Source: an uncultured Chloroflexia bacterium
GTDB lineage: Bacteria > Chloroflexota > Limnocylindria > Limnocylindrales > CSP1-4
Length of the DNA stretch: 64,000 nucleotides
Reading direction: 5' to 3'
NCBI GenBank assembly: GCA_963763775.1
Contig: CAVXPZ010000001.1
Span: 672,001-736,000 of the forward strand
Part shown: one piece after another, positions 1 to 12,291 of the stretch
Position numbering within the stretch: the stretch's first letter is position 1
How the letters are laid out: each line of letters opens with the position of its first letter
The notes under the pieces: model-generated
What the model saw: the letters and a program-made list of their open reading frames with translations, nothing else
What the model was told of the DNA's origin: nothing
Database searches by the model: none
Translations under genes and position numbers: made by a program

Positions 1-779
1 CGTAGCGCGGCTCGCCGAGGGCCACGCCGAGACCCTGCCGCTGGCCGACCGTGTAGCCGGCCGCGCCGTGGTGCTCGCCGACCCGTTCGCCGTCGACGTC
101 GAGGAGCGGTCCGGGCTCCGCGCACCCATCCGGCTCGCTCGCGGAGCGCGTCGCGGTAGTCGCCGCCCGGGACGAAGCAGATCTCCTGGCTCTCGGGCTT
201 GTCGGCCGTGGCCAGGCCCAGGTCGCGGGCGACCGCGCGGACCTCGGGCTTGGTGAGCTCGCCGAGCGGGAACCGCGCGTGCTCCAGCTGGTCCTGCCGC
301 AGGCCGTACAGGAAGTAGGTCTGGTCCTTGTCCTCGTCGACGGGCTCGGCAGGAGCCTCGCCCGGCCGTCGTCGCCGATCGTCGCGGCGCGCGTAGTGGC
401 CGGTCGCGACCGCCTCGCACTCGTAGAGGTGCCGAGCGCGGCCGAGCAGCGCCCCGAACTTCACGTACGTGTTGCAGTCGACGCACGGGCTCGGCGTCCG
501 CCCGTCGAGATACGCGTCGAGGAACGGCTGGAGGACGCCGGCGTCGAACTCGCGCTCGAGGTTCATGACGTAGAACGGGATGCCGAGCTGTGCGGCGACG
601 CGCCGGGCGTCGTCGGCGGCGTCGAGCGAGCAGCAGCTCTTCTTGAACTCGGAGTACGTGTCGGCGACGTCGTGGAGGCGCATCCAGACGCCGACCACCT
701 CGTGCCCCTGCTCGTGCAGCAGCGCCGCCGCGACCGAGGAGTCCACCCCGCCCGACATCGCCACGAGGACCCGGCTCAC
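1..779 (-). CDS. mnmA: tRNA 2-thiouridylase MnmA, 3' end beyond window; apparent frameshift near 120
   Basis: Manual translation gives [51 protein letters not shown] and, in a shifted frame, [14 protein letters not shown] start overlaps the iscS stop (GTGA). Confidence 0.93.
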   Translation of the reverse strand, partial: MSRVLVAMSGGVDSSVAAALLHEQGHEVVGVWMRLHDVADTYSEFKKSCCSLDAADDARRVAAQLGIPFYVMNLEREFDAGVLQPFLDAYLDGRTPSPCVDCNTYVKFGALLGRARHLYECEAVATGHYARRDDRRRRPGEAPAEPVDEDKDQTYFLYGLRQDQLEHARFPLGELTKPEVRAVARDLGLATADKPESQEICFVPGGDYRDALRERAGWVRGARTAPRRRRRTGRRAPRRGRLHGRPAAGSRRGPRRAAL

Positions 780-1960
780 GCGGGGACGCCCTGCCCGAGC
801 GGGTCCGCGGCGACCATCGCGGCGCCGACCCGCATCGAGGCGACGACCCGCGGCACGATCTCGCACGCGGTGGCGATGTCCTCCTCGGTCGTCGTCCGGC
901 CGAGTGAGAGACGGAGGGCGCCGCGCGCCTCTTCGTCGGGGTAGCCCATCGCCGTCAGGACGTGGCTCACTTCGGTCGAGCCCGTCGTGCAGGCGCTGCC
1001 GACCGAGGCGGCGATGCCCTCGAGGTCAAGCGAGAGCGCGACCGCCGAGCCGTCGATGTCGCGCGCGACCATGGAGAAGTGGCCGGGCAGGCGATCCTTC
1101 GGGTGGCCGGTCCACTCGGTGCCGGGGATGGCCAGGACGGCCTTGGCGAGGCGATCGCGAAGCCTTCGCAGACGCGCGGCGGTCTCCGGGCGCTCGGCGC
1201 CCGCGAGCTCGAACGCCATCGCGAGCCCGACGGCGCCGGCCACGTCCTCGGTGCCGGCCCGGCGGTGCCGCTCCTGGGTGCCGCCCTGCTGCTGCGCGAG
1301 GATGTGCGTCCCGTGCCGCACGTACAGCGCCCCGACCCCCTTGGGACCCTCGAACTTGTGCGCGCTGATCGACAGGAGGTCCACGCCGAGCTCGTCGACG
1401 TCGAGGTCGAGGTATGGGGCCGCCTGGACGGCGTCGACGTGGAGCACGACGCCCTTGTGTGCCCGCACCCGCTTGGCGATCTCCGCGACCGGCTGGATCG
1501 TCCCCACCTCGTTGTTGGCGAGCATCACGGACACGAGGGTCGTGCGATCGGTGATCGCCGCGTCGACCTGGTCGGGATCGACGCGCCCATAGCGGTCGAC
1601 CGGCACCTCGACGACCTCGAAGCCGAACTTCTCGAGGTAGCGAAGCGTGTGCCCGACCGCGTGGTGCTCCACCGACGACGTCACGATCCGGTGGCCGCGG
1701 GCCTTGCCGGCCCACGCCGCGCCCTTGAGCGCGAGGTTGTTCGCCTCGGTCCCGCCGGAGGTGAGCACGATCTCGCGGGCTTCGGCGCCGAGCCGTCGCG
1801 CGATGCGCAGGTGCGCGTCGTCGAGGGCGGCGCGGGCCGCGCGACCGTAGGTATGGGCCGAACTCGGGTTCCCGAACGTGCCCGTCAGGTACGGCAGCAT
1901 GGCGTCGAGGACCTCGCGGCGCAGCGGGGTCGTGGCCGCGTGATCGAGGTAGATCGGCAT
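776..1960 (-). CDS. iscS: Cysteine desulfurase (IscS/NifS family)
   Basis: [37 protein letters not shown] (PLP Lys), SVGSACT (catalytic Cys); adjacent to mnmA. Confidence 0.93.
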   Translation of the reverse strand: MPIYLDHAATTPLRREVLDAMLPYLTGTFGNPSSAHTYGRAARAALDDAHLRIARRLGAEAREIVLTSGGTEANNLALKGAAWAGKARGHRIVTSSVEHHAVGHTLRYLEKFGFEVVEVPVDRYGRVDPDQVDAAITDRTTLVSVMLANNEVGTIQPVAEIAKRVRAHKGVVLHVDAVQAAPYLDLDVDELGVDLLSISAHKFEGPKGVGALYVRHGTHILAQQQGGTQERHRRAGTEDVAGAVGLAMAFELAGAERPETAARLRRLRDRLAKAVLAIPGTEWTGHPKDRLPGHFSMVARDIDGSAVALSLDLEGIAASVGSACTTGSTEVSHVLTAMGYPDEEARGALRLSLGRTTTEEDIATACEIVPRVVASMRVGAAMVAADPLGQGVPA

Positions 1961-2101
1961 CGCCGCGATCGTACACCGCCGGGATCGGGTGAGCCCCGGA
2001 GCGACCGTCGTTCGTCCATGCCGGGCGTCGTCATCGGCCGGTGGTCGCGGACCCCTCGTGGGCCGACGATCGGGTCCATCGACCCACACAGGAGTCACCC
2101 G

Positions 2102-2236
2102 ATGCTGCTGCTCATCCTCGCCGCGGTCCTCGTCCCGGTCATCCTGGCCGGCCTGACCTTCGAGACCCTCCATGACCCCAGCTATCGGGGCAGCCAGGTC
2201 AGGTTCACGCCGACCTACCGCGCGTACGGCGCCTAG
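2102..2236 (+). CDS. Small 44-aa single-pass membrane protein
   Basis: MLLLILAAVLVPVILAGLTFETLHDPSYRGSQVRFTPTYRAYGA; AGGAG Shine-Dalgarno upstream; GC-rich third codon positions. Confidence 0.6.
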   Translation: MLLLILAAVLVPVILAGLTFETLHDPSYRGSQVRFTPTYRAYGA

Positions 2237-2251
2237 CCGAGCGTATGGCGC

Positions 2252-2258
<7 letters not shown>
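2222..2258. repeat. 18-bp near-perfect tandem repeat containing the stop codons of two convergent genes
   Basis: gcgtacggcgcctagccg (2222-2239) and gcgtatggcgcctagccg (2241-2258). Confidence 0.75.
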
Positions 2259-4150
<1,892 letters not shown>

Positions 4151-4265
4151 GGGCGGGCCGCAGTGTCGCACATCGACCGATTCGGCGCGGTCGGCGCGGG
4201 CCGGGGTTTCGCGGTGGCGGCTCGGGTCCGCTGCTGCGCCCGACCTGATCCTCGGATACGAGTCG

Positions 4266-4745
4266 GGGTGGTGCGGGACGGGGCGGGTGTGCCCGGTCGG
4301 CCCGAAACGCGCGGGATTCGCTTGATTCGTCGGCGCCTACCACTCGTACTGCTCCGTGACGAACCGATCGACGATCCGGCGGCCCTTCCGATCGTCCCGT
4401 ACCACCCGGGCTGGTGGATGACGGCGAGGGCGCGGGATCGGGTCGGCGACACATACTCGCCGGACAGCCGACGTGAGTCCGCGAGTCGAGGCCTCGGCAA
4501 CTTCCGCGCTCCTGCAGGAATCCCATTCCTAGATCGTGGGCAAGACGACCACCAACGACCTCCACAGACCTCCCGGCCTCGACGTTCATGCATCCCGCTG
4601 CATCGAACGGCCTGCGAGGCTGGGCGCCGGTACACGTTGTTGCCCTCGGTATCGCAGGTGTAGGAACGAGGTTCCTACGCGGCGAGCCAGCTGCCGCGCG
4701 GCGAGTGCCGCGCGCCTACGCGGCGAGCCAGCTGCCGCGCGGCGA
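4266..4745. repeat. Intergenic cluster of inverted and tandem repeats (REP/MITE-like, degenerate)
   Basis: Inverted repeat gggtggtgcgggacg (4266-4280) / cgtcccgtaccaccc (4393-4407); AGGAA-N5-TTCCT palindromes at 4516-4530 and 4662-4676; 31-bp direct repeat at 4674-4704 and 4715-4745. Confidence 0.55.
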
Positions 4746-4826
4746 CGCGGCGAGAGGCGGCACTCCGCGCTGGACTCGGCACGAGGCAGGATGCCATGCG
4801 CATCCTTCCCCTGCTACGCTCCGGGC

Positions 4827-5492
4827 ATGACCGTCGCCGCCGTGATCCTGTCCGCCACCGCCGATGGCGCCGTCGCCGATACGGCCGGACAGCCCCGCGT
4901 CCGCCGCCTCGCCGACCTCGCCTGGGCCGGCGGCGCCCTGCCGATCGTGGTGATCTCGCCGGACCCCGATGGCGCCGTTGCGGCCGCACTCGCCGGCACC
5001 GAGGCGGTGCACGGGCTGCCGGCGCCCGACGCTGACGGACCGGCGGGCCAGATGGCACGCGGCATCGAGGTCGCGGCGTCCGAGGTCCGCGATATCTCCG
5101 CCGCCCTGATCTGGCCGTCGCGGATGGTGTGGGTCGGCCCGGAGACGGTCACCTCGCTCATCGAGGCGCACGGGACGGACGTGGTCGCGATGCTGCGGCC
5201 GACATGGCACGGCGAGCCAGGATGGCCCGTCCTCCTCCCCATCGTGCATCTCGCCGCCCTGCAGGCGACGCCGCCGGACCGGATGCCGCCCGTGATCATC
5301 GAGGCCCTGGCCGCGGAACTCCCGACCCGTCTCGTGGAGCTCGGCGACCCGGGCGTCACACACGACGTCGACACGCCGCAGATCGACCTGCCGGCGTACG
5401 AAGGCCCGCCCGACCCGCCCGCCGGCCACACTCACGAATGGGGCGAGGACGTCGCCGCCGAAGCCGGCCTCCCGGCACCGGACGAGGCGTGA
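4827..5492 (+). CDS. MobA/MocA-like NTP-transferase domain protein (divergent)
   Basis: MTVAAVIL start, GEPGWPVLL, VELGDPGVTHDVDTP resemble the NTP_transf_3 C-terminus; TACGCT -10 lies 6 nt upstream of the ATG. Confidence 0.7.
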   Translation: MTVAAVILSATADGAVADTAGQPRVRRLADLAWAGGALPIVVISPDPDGAVAAALAGTEAVHGLPAPDADGPAGQMARGIEVAASEVRDISAALIWPSRMVWVGPETVTSLIEAHGTDVVAMLRPTWHGEPGWPVLLPIVHLAALQATPPDRMPPVIIEALAAELPTRLVELGDPGVTHDVDTPQIDLPAYEGPPDPPAGHTHEWGEDVAAEAGLPAPDEA

Positions 5493-5541
5493 CCCGAAGG
5501 ACGACCGCCATCCGCCGGCCCGTCCCTCACGAACCGAGGAC

Positions 5542-6315
5542 ATGACCCGCTCCCGCGTCCTCAAGGTCCTCGCCGTCGTCCTCGTCGCGCTCGTGGTCGC
5601 CGGCACCATCGGCTTCCTCTGGTATGCGCAGCCGCAGCCCCTCCTTCCCGAAGCGACGGCCGCCCTCGCGTCGACCGAGGGTGCGACATTCGAACAGGGA
5701 GCGGACGGCCGGCTCACCTTCACGCCGACCGGAACGGCCCCGACGACGGGCCTGATCCTGTATCCGGGCGGCAAGGTCCCGCCCGCTGCCTATGCGCCGG
5801 CGGCGCGAGCGATCGCCGAGCACGGCTATCTCGTCTCGATCGTCCCGGTCCCGTTCAACCTCGCGGTCTTCGGCATCGACGCCGCCGCGGCCGTCATCGC
5901 GGACCATCCCGAGATCGACCACTGGGTCGTGGGTGGTCACTCCCTTGGCGGTGTCATGGCCGCCCAGTTCGCGAGCTCCCACCCGGACGTCGTGGACGGG
6001 CTCCTCCTCTGGGCGGCGTACTCGTCGGCGGACGTCTCGGCGCAGGATCTCGCCGTGGCGTCGGTCTACGGCTCGCTCGATGGCGGCAGGACCTCGTTCT
6101 CGGATCCCGCGAACCTCGCCAAGCTCGGCGCGAACGTGACGACGACGGTCATCGACGGCGGCAACCATGAGCAGATGGGCTGGTACACCGGCCAGCCGAA
6201 CGACCCGCCGGCCGCGATCGACCGTGCGGAGCAGCAGGCCCGACTGGTGGCGGCGAGCGTCGACCTGCTCGAGCAGGTCTCGGGCGGGGCCGATGCGGAG
6301 CTCGCGGCCGCCTGA
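5542..6315 (+). CDS. Membrane-anchored alpha/beta hydrolase
   Basis: N-terminal TM helix; YPGG oxyanion region, GHSLGG nucleophile elbow, GSLDG, GGNH. Confidence 0.88.
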   Translation: MTRSRVLKVLAVVLVALVVAGTIGFLWYAQPQPLLPEATAALASTEGATFEQGADGRLTFTPTGTAPTTGLILYPGGKVPPAAYAPAARAIAEHGYLVSIVPVPFNLAVFGIDAAAAVIADHPEIDHWVVGGHSLGGVMAAQFASSHPDVVDGLLLWAAYSSADVSAQDLAVASVYGSLDGGRTSFSDPANLAKLGANVTTTVIDGGNHEQMGWYTGQPNDPPAAIDRAEQQARLVAASVDLLEQVSGGADAELAAA

Positions 6316-6369
6316 CCGCACGTGGGGGCGCTCGGCGGGCGGCGGGCCGCGCCCGACCGCTGACCACGG

Positions 6370-7293
6370 TCAGCCGGCGTGGATCGCCGAGGGCCGGACG
6401 CCGTCGCGGAGCCTCGCGATCGTGCCCGTGGCGAGGGCCAGTCCGACCACCACCAACAGGACGCCGCCGACCTGGCCAACGGACGGTGCCTCGCCCAGCA
6501 GGATGATCGCGAAGACGACGGTCATGACCGGCTGCGCGAGCAGGATCGCCGAGGTGAGCACCGCGGGGAGCCGCGGCAGCGAGACCTGGATCAGCAGGTA
6601 GCCGATCGACTGGCTCGTCACGCCGTAGGCGATGAGGTACGCCTGCGCCGGCCACGTCAGCGACAGGTCCAGGTCGTGGACCGCCAACCCGAACACGCCC
6701 GCGGCGACCATGCAGGTCGCCGTCGCGATCGTGACCGGCCCGGCCGGGCGGGCGTCGGGGCTCGCGCGACGGATGACCAGGAGGTAGCCGGCGTACGCGC
6801 ACGCGGTGATGAGCCCGATGGCCACGCCGATCGGGGCGTTCTCGCCGTACGCCCCGCCCCCGAGGATCCCCGAGATCAGGACGACGCCGAACAGCATGAT
6901 CGGGAGGGCGACGAGGACCTCGCGGCGCGGGCGCTCCCCCCACAGGAGCCAGGCGAGGATCGCGACCACGACGACCTGGAGGTTGCCCATGACCGTGGCG
7001 AGCCCCGCGCCCATGTTGTCCACGACGTAGTGGAACGTCAGCAGGTCCGCCGCGAAGAAGAGCCCCGCCAGCCCGGACAGCCAGATCGTGCGGGCGCTCA
7101 TCCGCCCGCGTTCTCGGTACTCGAACCACGCGGCGAGCGCCAGGAGCGGCAGCCCGTACAGGCATCGGAAGACCACCCCGGTCGACGGACTGACCCCGGA
7201 CCAGCGGTAGAAGATGCCGGAGAAGGCGATGCAGAACGCGCCAAGGAGCGCCGCGGAGCGTGGGAATCCGGCGGCCGTCCGGAGCGGGTTCAC
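6370..7293 (-). CDS. DMT/EamA family transporter
   Basis: About 10 hydrophobic helices in two EamA repeats (LLWGERP, LLGEAPS); GTG overlaps the upstream stop. Confidence 0.88.
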   Translation of the reverse strand: MNPLRTAAGFPRSAALLGAFCIAFSGIFYRWSGVSPSTGVVFRCLYGLPLLALAAWFEYRERGRMSARTIWLSGLAGLFFAADLLTFHYVVDNMGAGLATVMGNLQVVVVAILAWLLWGERPRREVLVALPIMLFGVVLISGILGGGAYGENAPIGVAIGLITACAYAGYLLVIRRASPDARPAGPVTIATATCMVAAGVFGLAVHDLDLSLTWPAQAYLIAYGVTSQSIGYLLIQVSLPRLPAVLTSAILLAQPVMTVVFAIILLGEAPSVGQVGGVLLVVVGLALATGTIARLRDGVRPSAIHAG

Positions 7294-8204
7294 GCCTCGC
7301 CGACCGGGACCGGGCGGGCCCACCGATCACGGGTGTGGGTCCGGACGAACCCCTCGGACTCGTAGAGACCCAGCGCCCGCTCGTTGCGGCCGTTGACCGA
7401 GAGCGTGACCGTCGTACACGCCCAGCCCGCGCAGGTGGGCTACGCCCCGGCGGAGCAGCTGACGACCGAGGCCGCGGCCCTGCCACTGCCGGATCGATGC
7501 CGATCGTCCAGATCTCGGCCGTCGGCTCGACGCCGTCCGCCGTGAAGCGTGGCTCGCACGCGGCGAACCCGACCAGCCGGTCCGGGTCGGCCGCGTCGGC
7601 GATCAGCAGGAGGTCCTCGTCGCGGCCGTCTTGGTCGACCTCGCTCGCCCGCATCATGTCCACGTCGAGCTGCAGGGGCGTCGCGTGGTCGGCGAACGCC
7701 GCGTTGAACAGCGCGACCCACCGCTCGAGGTCGACGTCGCGCCGGAATGGCGTCGGGACGATGCCGGCCGGCCACACGGGCCTGGGCATCGCCCGCTCGG
7801 CCGGCAGGTCCAGGTCCCACAGCGTCGAGTGATACGCGAAACCCGTCGACCGCAGGAACGCGGCAGCCTCCGCGTCATCCGGGCGCGACACCGAGGATCA
7901 GCGACGCGAGGCCGCGGGCCGACTCGATCACCAGACCCTCGTCGACCAGCCCGCTTGCGATCCCCTGGCGACGCCACGCCGGCTCGACGACGACCATCTT
8001 GAATCCGGGCGAGATGAAACCGACGAGCGAGCCGTCGGCCTCGGCGACGGCCACGGTCCCGACCTCGGCCCGGGTGATGCGCAGCAGCAAGGCCGCCTCG
8101 GGATCCGAGCTGGCGGCGAGGTCGCCTCGCTCGCGGGCGGCCGCGACGAGCATCGCCAGGCCGTCGATGTCGCCGGCGGTCAGCCGGCGGATCCCGACCG
8201 CCAT
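7290..8204 (-). CDS. Tandem GNAT acetyltransferase (MshD-like), broken by three indels
   Basis: Acetyl-CoA motifs VEPAWRRQGIA and IDP-QWQGRGLGRQLL, plus NERALGLYESEGF; frame changes near 7882, 7490 and 7416. Confidence 0.8.
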
Positions 8205-8211
8205 CGAGCGG

Positions 8212-10087
8212 TCAGTCCGCGCGCCGCTCGGGGATGCCGACGAACTGCAGGCCGAGTTCCGCGTACTGGGTCGGCTCGGGCGGGGACGGCGCCTCCAGCA
8301 TCGGGTCGGTGCCCGATTGCGTCTTCGGGAAGGCCATGACCTCGCGGATGTTCGTCTGACTGGCGAAGATCATCGCCCAGCGGTCGATGCCCAGGGCGAT
8401 CCCGCCGTGCGGCGGAGCACCGTACTCGAAGGCGTCGAGGATCGCCCCGAACTTCTCGTGCATGCTCTCGAGCGACTGCCCCTGCAGCCGGAAACTCTGT
8501 TCCAGCAGGTCGCGGCGATGGATCCGGATCGAGCCGCCGCCGAGCTCCCAGCCGTTGAGGGCCACGTCGTATTGGAGCGCGCGAGCGCGGCCCGCCGGGT
8601 CCTCCGGTGACGGGTCCGCCGGGTCGCCCGAGGCGGTCACCAGGAGCGCTTCATCCTCCGGAAGGACGCCACTGAACGGGTTATGCGTGGCGTCCCAGCG
8701 CCGGTTCTCCTCGTCCCACTGGTACATCGGGAAGCGCGTGACCCAGACATAGGCCAGGACGGCCGGGTCGGCAAGGCCGAGGCGGTCGCCCAGCTCCACG
8801 CGCAAGCGTCCGAGCACGTCGGCGGTCAGCGCGGGCGCGTCGGCCACGATCAGGATGAGGTCGCCTTCCGCCGCCATGGTGCGCTCGATGATGGCCCGGA
8901 TCGTCGCATCACCGAGGAACTTGACGATCGGGCCCTTGACCTCGCCACCGGCCTCGAGCGCGAGGTGGGCGAGGCCGCGGGCACCGAAGCGCTTCGCGCG
9001 CTCCGTGAGCTCGTCGATCTCGCGGCGCGTGACGCCGGCCATCCCGGGCGCGACGATCGCCTTGACCCGCCCGCCGGCCGCGAGCGCGCCATCGAAGACC
9101 GTGAACCCGGAAACGCCGGCGCCGTCCGGTCCGACGAGCGCCGGTCCGAGGTCCACGAGTTCCATGCCGAACCGGATGTCGGGCTTGTCGGACCCGAAGC
9201 GCTCGATCGCCTCCTCGTACGTGAACCGCGGGAACGGGACCTGGAGGATCGGGCGCTCCGGCGCCGTGGCGTGGCTCACCTCGATGGCCATGGATTCCAC
9301 GAACCCGGTCACGGTCGCCTCGTCCACGAAGCTCATCTCGAGGTCCAGCTGGGTGAATTCGGGCTGCCGGTCGCCGCGGAGGTCCTCGTCGCGGTAGCAG
9401 CGGGCGATCTGGAAGTAGCGGTCGACGCCCGCGACCATCAGCAGCTGCTTGAGCTGCTGAGGGCTCTGCGGGCAGCGCGTACACGCTCCCGGGCTGGAGC
9501 CGGCTCGGGACGATGAAGTCGCGCGCGCCTTCCGGCGTGCTCTTGATGAGCGTGGGCGTCTCGACCTCGACGAACCCGTTCGCGTGGTGGACCTCGCGGA
9601 TCGCCTGGACCATGCGCGAGCGCAGCAGGAGGCGGTCGGCCATCGGCTGGCGACGGATGTCGAGATAGCGGTGCTTGAGCCGCAGGATCTCGTCGACCGG
9701 GGCGTCCGGCTCGTTGATGTAGAAGGGCGGCGTCTTCGCCTCGGACAGGATCCGGACCTCGGTCGCCTGGACCTCGATCTCGCCGGTCGGCAGGCGCGGG
9801 TTCTCGGTCCCGGCGAGCCGGCGCTCGACGTGCCCGACGACCGCGACGACGAACTCGGTCCGGATCCGGCTGGCCTCCTCGTGGGCGGCCGGCGCGTCCG
9901 CCTTGTCGATCACGACCTGGGTCAGGCCGTAGCGGTCCCGGAGGTCGAGGAAGATGAGCTGGCCATGGTCCCGGCGCCGATGGACCCAGCCGGACAGACG
10001 GACGGTCGCGCCCGCGTCCGCGGCACGGAGCTGACCGCAGGTATGGGTGCGGTAGGGCGTGGCGAGGCTGGGCTGGGGTTCGGTCAT
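8212..10087 (-). CDS. aspS: Aspartate--tRNA ligase (probably non-discriminating), frameshift near 9471
   Basis: [37 protein letters not shown] split across frames, [35 protein letters not shown]. Confidence 0.95.
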
Positions 10088-10143
10088 GGCGGGCGCTATC
10101 GTAGTCGAACCGACCCCTGCCCCGAGTCGAAGCGGAGACGCCC

Positions 10144-10524
10144 GTGCTAGCCGACCGACGCGCGCACACCACTTTGCCGACTTCGGACATCGAGGCGCTG
10201 CGGCCGTTCTACGAGGACGTGCTCGGGTTCACGCCGCGGGCCGTGCTGCCCGGCGCCGTGCTGTACGACGCCGGCGCGGGCAGCCTCTTCGCGATCTCCC
10301 GCTCGGGCGTGCCGGCAGCCGGCTCGCACACGCAGATGGCCTTCACGGTGCCGGACGTCGAGGCCGCCGTGGCCGAGCTCCGGGCACGCGGCGTGGTCTT
10401 CGAGACGTACGAGTCCCCGAAGACCGACGGCGGGATCGCCACGATCGGGCCAGGCCGCGCCGCCTGGTTCAAGGACCCACAGCAGAACCTGCTCGCCGTG
10501 ATCGAGTTCAGCGAGCCGGTCTGA
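10144..10524 (+). CDS. VOC/glyoxalase family protein
   Basis: [34 protein letters not shown]. Confidence 0.88.
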   Translation: MLADRRAHTTLPTSDIEALRPFYEDVLGFTPRAVLPGAVLYDAGAGSLFAISRSGVPAAGSHTQMAFTVPDVEAAVAELRARGVVFETYESPKTDGGIATIGPGRAAWFKDPQQNLLAVIEFSEPV

Positions 10525-10537
10525 GAAGGAGGACCTC

Positions 10538-10900
10538 ATGGGACGTCTGCTCGTCCACATCGCGACCGGACCCGAGAACCCGACGCGGGCGGCGCTCGGC
10601 CTGCTGATCGCCCGGACCGCGCTGGGCGCCGGTCACGACGTCGATCTCTTCATCGCCGGCGATGGCGTGGGCATCCTGCGTCCGGAGACCCTCGACGCGG
10701 CGCACGGCATCGGGACCGGCGCGTTTCGCGAGCACATCGATGCGCTCGTCGCCGGCGGTGCCACGCTGTACGCGTCCGGGATGTCGAGCAAGGCGCGAGG
10801 GTTGACCTTGGACTCCCTCGGCGGCTTGCCCGTCACGCTGGCTCCACCGGACAAGCTCGTGGAGCTCACCTTCGCTGCGGACCGCGCGCTGACCTACTAG
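10538..10900 (+). CDS. DsrE/DsrF-like family protein
   Basis: GPENPTRA, GHDVDLFIAGDGV; strong AGGAGG SD. Confidence 0.8.
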   Translation: MGRLLVHIATGPENPTRAALGLLIARTALGAGHDVDLFIAGDGVGILRPETLDAAHGIGTGAFREHIDALVAGGATLYASGMSSKARGLTLDSLGGLPVTLAPPDKLVELTFAADRALTY

Positions 10901-10928
10901 CACGGATGGCCGCGCAGCCGGTCCAGGG

Positions 10929-11717
10929 TCAGACCTCGCCCCGGACGGCCCAGGCCCGGGCGACCAAGGAGATGGATCCGTCGGCGGCGGTCGGCAGCGT
11001 CGCCCGAAGCCGATCACGGATCGCGTCCCGCTGATCGACCGGGAGTCGCATCGCGTAGGCCGGTGCTGCACCGACCCCGGACTCGAAGGGCCGCCAGTAG
11101 TCATCGAAGTCGACGAAGACGGTGGGAACGTCGATCGACCACGTGACGACCGAGTCGAACCCGGCCGCCTCGAACGCAGCCCGCAGGCCGTCGGGCGAAC
11201 AGAGCGGGAACCGGGCGCCCTCGTCCTCGTCCGAGGCTCGCGGATCGATGGCGATGGCGGCGTCGAAGAAGCGGCGGATCAGCTCCATCCGGTCCGCATA
11301 GTCCCAGACGTAGGCGGCCACGCGGCCCGCGGGTCGGGTCGCCCGGCGCATCGACCCGAGGCCGGCGGGAAGCTCCGGGATGAAGTTCAGGACGAGTCCG
11401 GCCACGAGGGCGTCGGCACGGCCGGGCTCGACCGGCAGCGACGCCGCGTCGCCGACCTCGAACGTCGCACGCTCATCGGGGACCGCGATGCGGGCCGCGG
11501 CCACGAAGTCGGCCGACGGGTCCACGCCGACGACACTCGCCGGGTCGGCGACGTCGAGGATCGTCGCGGACAAGGCGCCGGTCCCGCAGCCGACATCGAG
11601 CCACCCGGCACCGGCCTCGACGCCGAGCGCCGGGATGAACGACCGCGCGACCAGGCGGCTCCAGCGTCCGACGTAGGCCTCGTAGTCGTGCCCGCCGGAC
11701 CAGCGATCAGTCGTCAT
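10929..11717 (-). CDS. Class I SAM-dependent methyltransferase
   Basis: YEAYVGRWSR, WLDVGCGTG, GDAASLP, AAYVWDY. Confidence 0.9.
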   Translation of the reverse strand: MTTDRWSGGHDYEAYVGRWSRLVARSFIPALGVEAGAGWLDVGCGTGALSATILDVADPASVVGVDPSADFVAAARIAVPDERATFEVGDAASLPVEPGRADALVAGLVLNFIPELPAGLGSMRRATRPAGRVAAYVWDYADRMELIRRFFDAAIAIDPRASDEDEGARFPLCSPDGLRAAFEAAGFDSVVTWSIDVPTVFVDFDDYWRPFESGVGAAPAYAMRLPVDQRDAIRDRLRATLPTAADGSISLVARAWAVRGEV

Positions 11718-11724
11718 CGTGCCC

Positions 11725-12129
11725 TCAGGAGACCCAGTCATAGCGGCGGATCAAGTGGCCGTCGAACGCGTCCAGCACGATGATCTCGCCCTGACCCATC
11801 AGCGGCCCCGGGTTGGTCCCGAGGTTGATCTGCCACACCAGGTCGTCTGGTGATGCCGGTGGCGTGGCACCGGGTGCCACGTAGTCGTCGAGGTCGCCGT
11901 ACCGGGTCAGTACGGCCGCAAGGACGTCGTCCGCGCCAGACCGAAGGGCGGCGAGCCGTGCCGCGGCCACGGCCTCCGCGCGGGTCAGGGTGGCTGGGGC
12001 CGTGCTCGGAAACCTCGTCGGGACCGTCGTCGGGGCCGACGCACTCGAGATGACCGAGGCGCCACACCCGCAAGCCACGAGCCCCGCCAGGAGGGCGGCC
12101 AGGATCACGGGCACACGCCGACCCGGCAT
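11725..12129 (-). CDS. Putative lipoprotein/secreted protein with PepSY-like C-terminus
   Basis: Signal peptide with LVAC lipobox-like motif, Pro/Thr linker, then LTRAEAV...LVWQI...IVLDAFDG. Confidence 0.55.
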   Translation of the reverse strand: MPGRRVPVILAALLAGLVACGCGASVISSASAPTTVPTRFPSTAPATLTRAEAVAAARLAALRSGADDVLAAVLTRYGDLDDYVAPGATPPASPDDLVWQINLGTNPGPLMGQGEIIVLDAFDGHLIRRYDWVS

Positions 12130-12132
12130 CGC

Positions 12133-12291
12133 TCAGTCGCGGCCGCGGAGCAGCGACACCCGGAACGGGCGCAACTCGCCGCGGGCGAAACCGCCAGCGA
12201 TGACGGGGTCCTCGTCCATGATCTCCTCGTCGGTCATGGTGGCGGCGAAGTCGTCGCGCGGCGGGTGGATGAAGGAGATCCACTCAGCCAT
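12133..12291 (-). pseudogene. YciI-like ORF with apparent in-frame internal deletion (52 aa)
   Basis: MAEWISFIHPPRDDFAATMTDEE-IMDEDPVIAGGFARGELRPFRVSLLRGRD; start overlaps the hisS end; YciI-like termini without the central His/GP segment. Confidence 0.6.

Noticed and set aside
4660-4678. GAAC-GAG-GTTC as a LexA box
   Set aside because: The spacer is 3 nt rather than 4; it is better explained as part of the AGGAA-N5-TTCCT palindrome pair.
4674-4745. 31-bp direct repeat as a mini CRISPR array
   Set aside because: Only two copies with a 10-bp gap related to the repeat itself, and no cas genes.
9460-9480. Programmed frameshift or split aspS
   Set aside because: The break falls in the invariant LPQSPQ motif, I saw no stimulatory element, and the same indel type recurs in unrelated genes, so an error is more likely.
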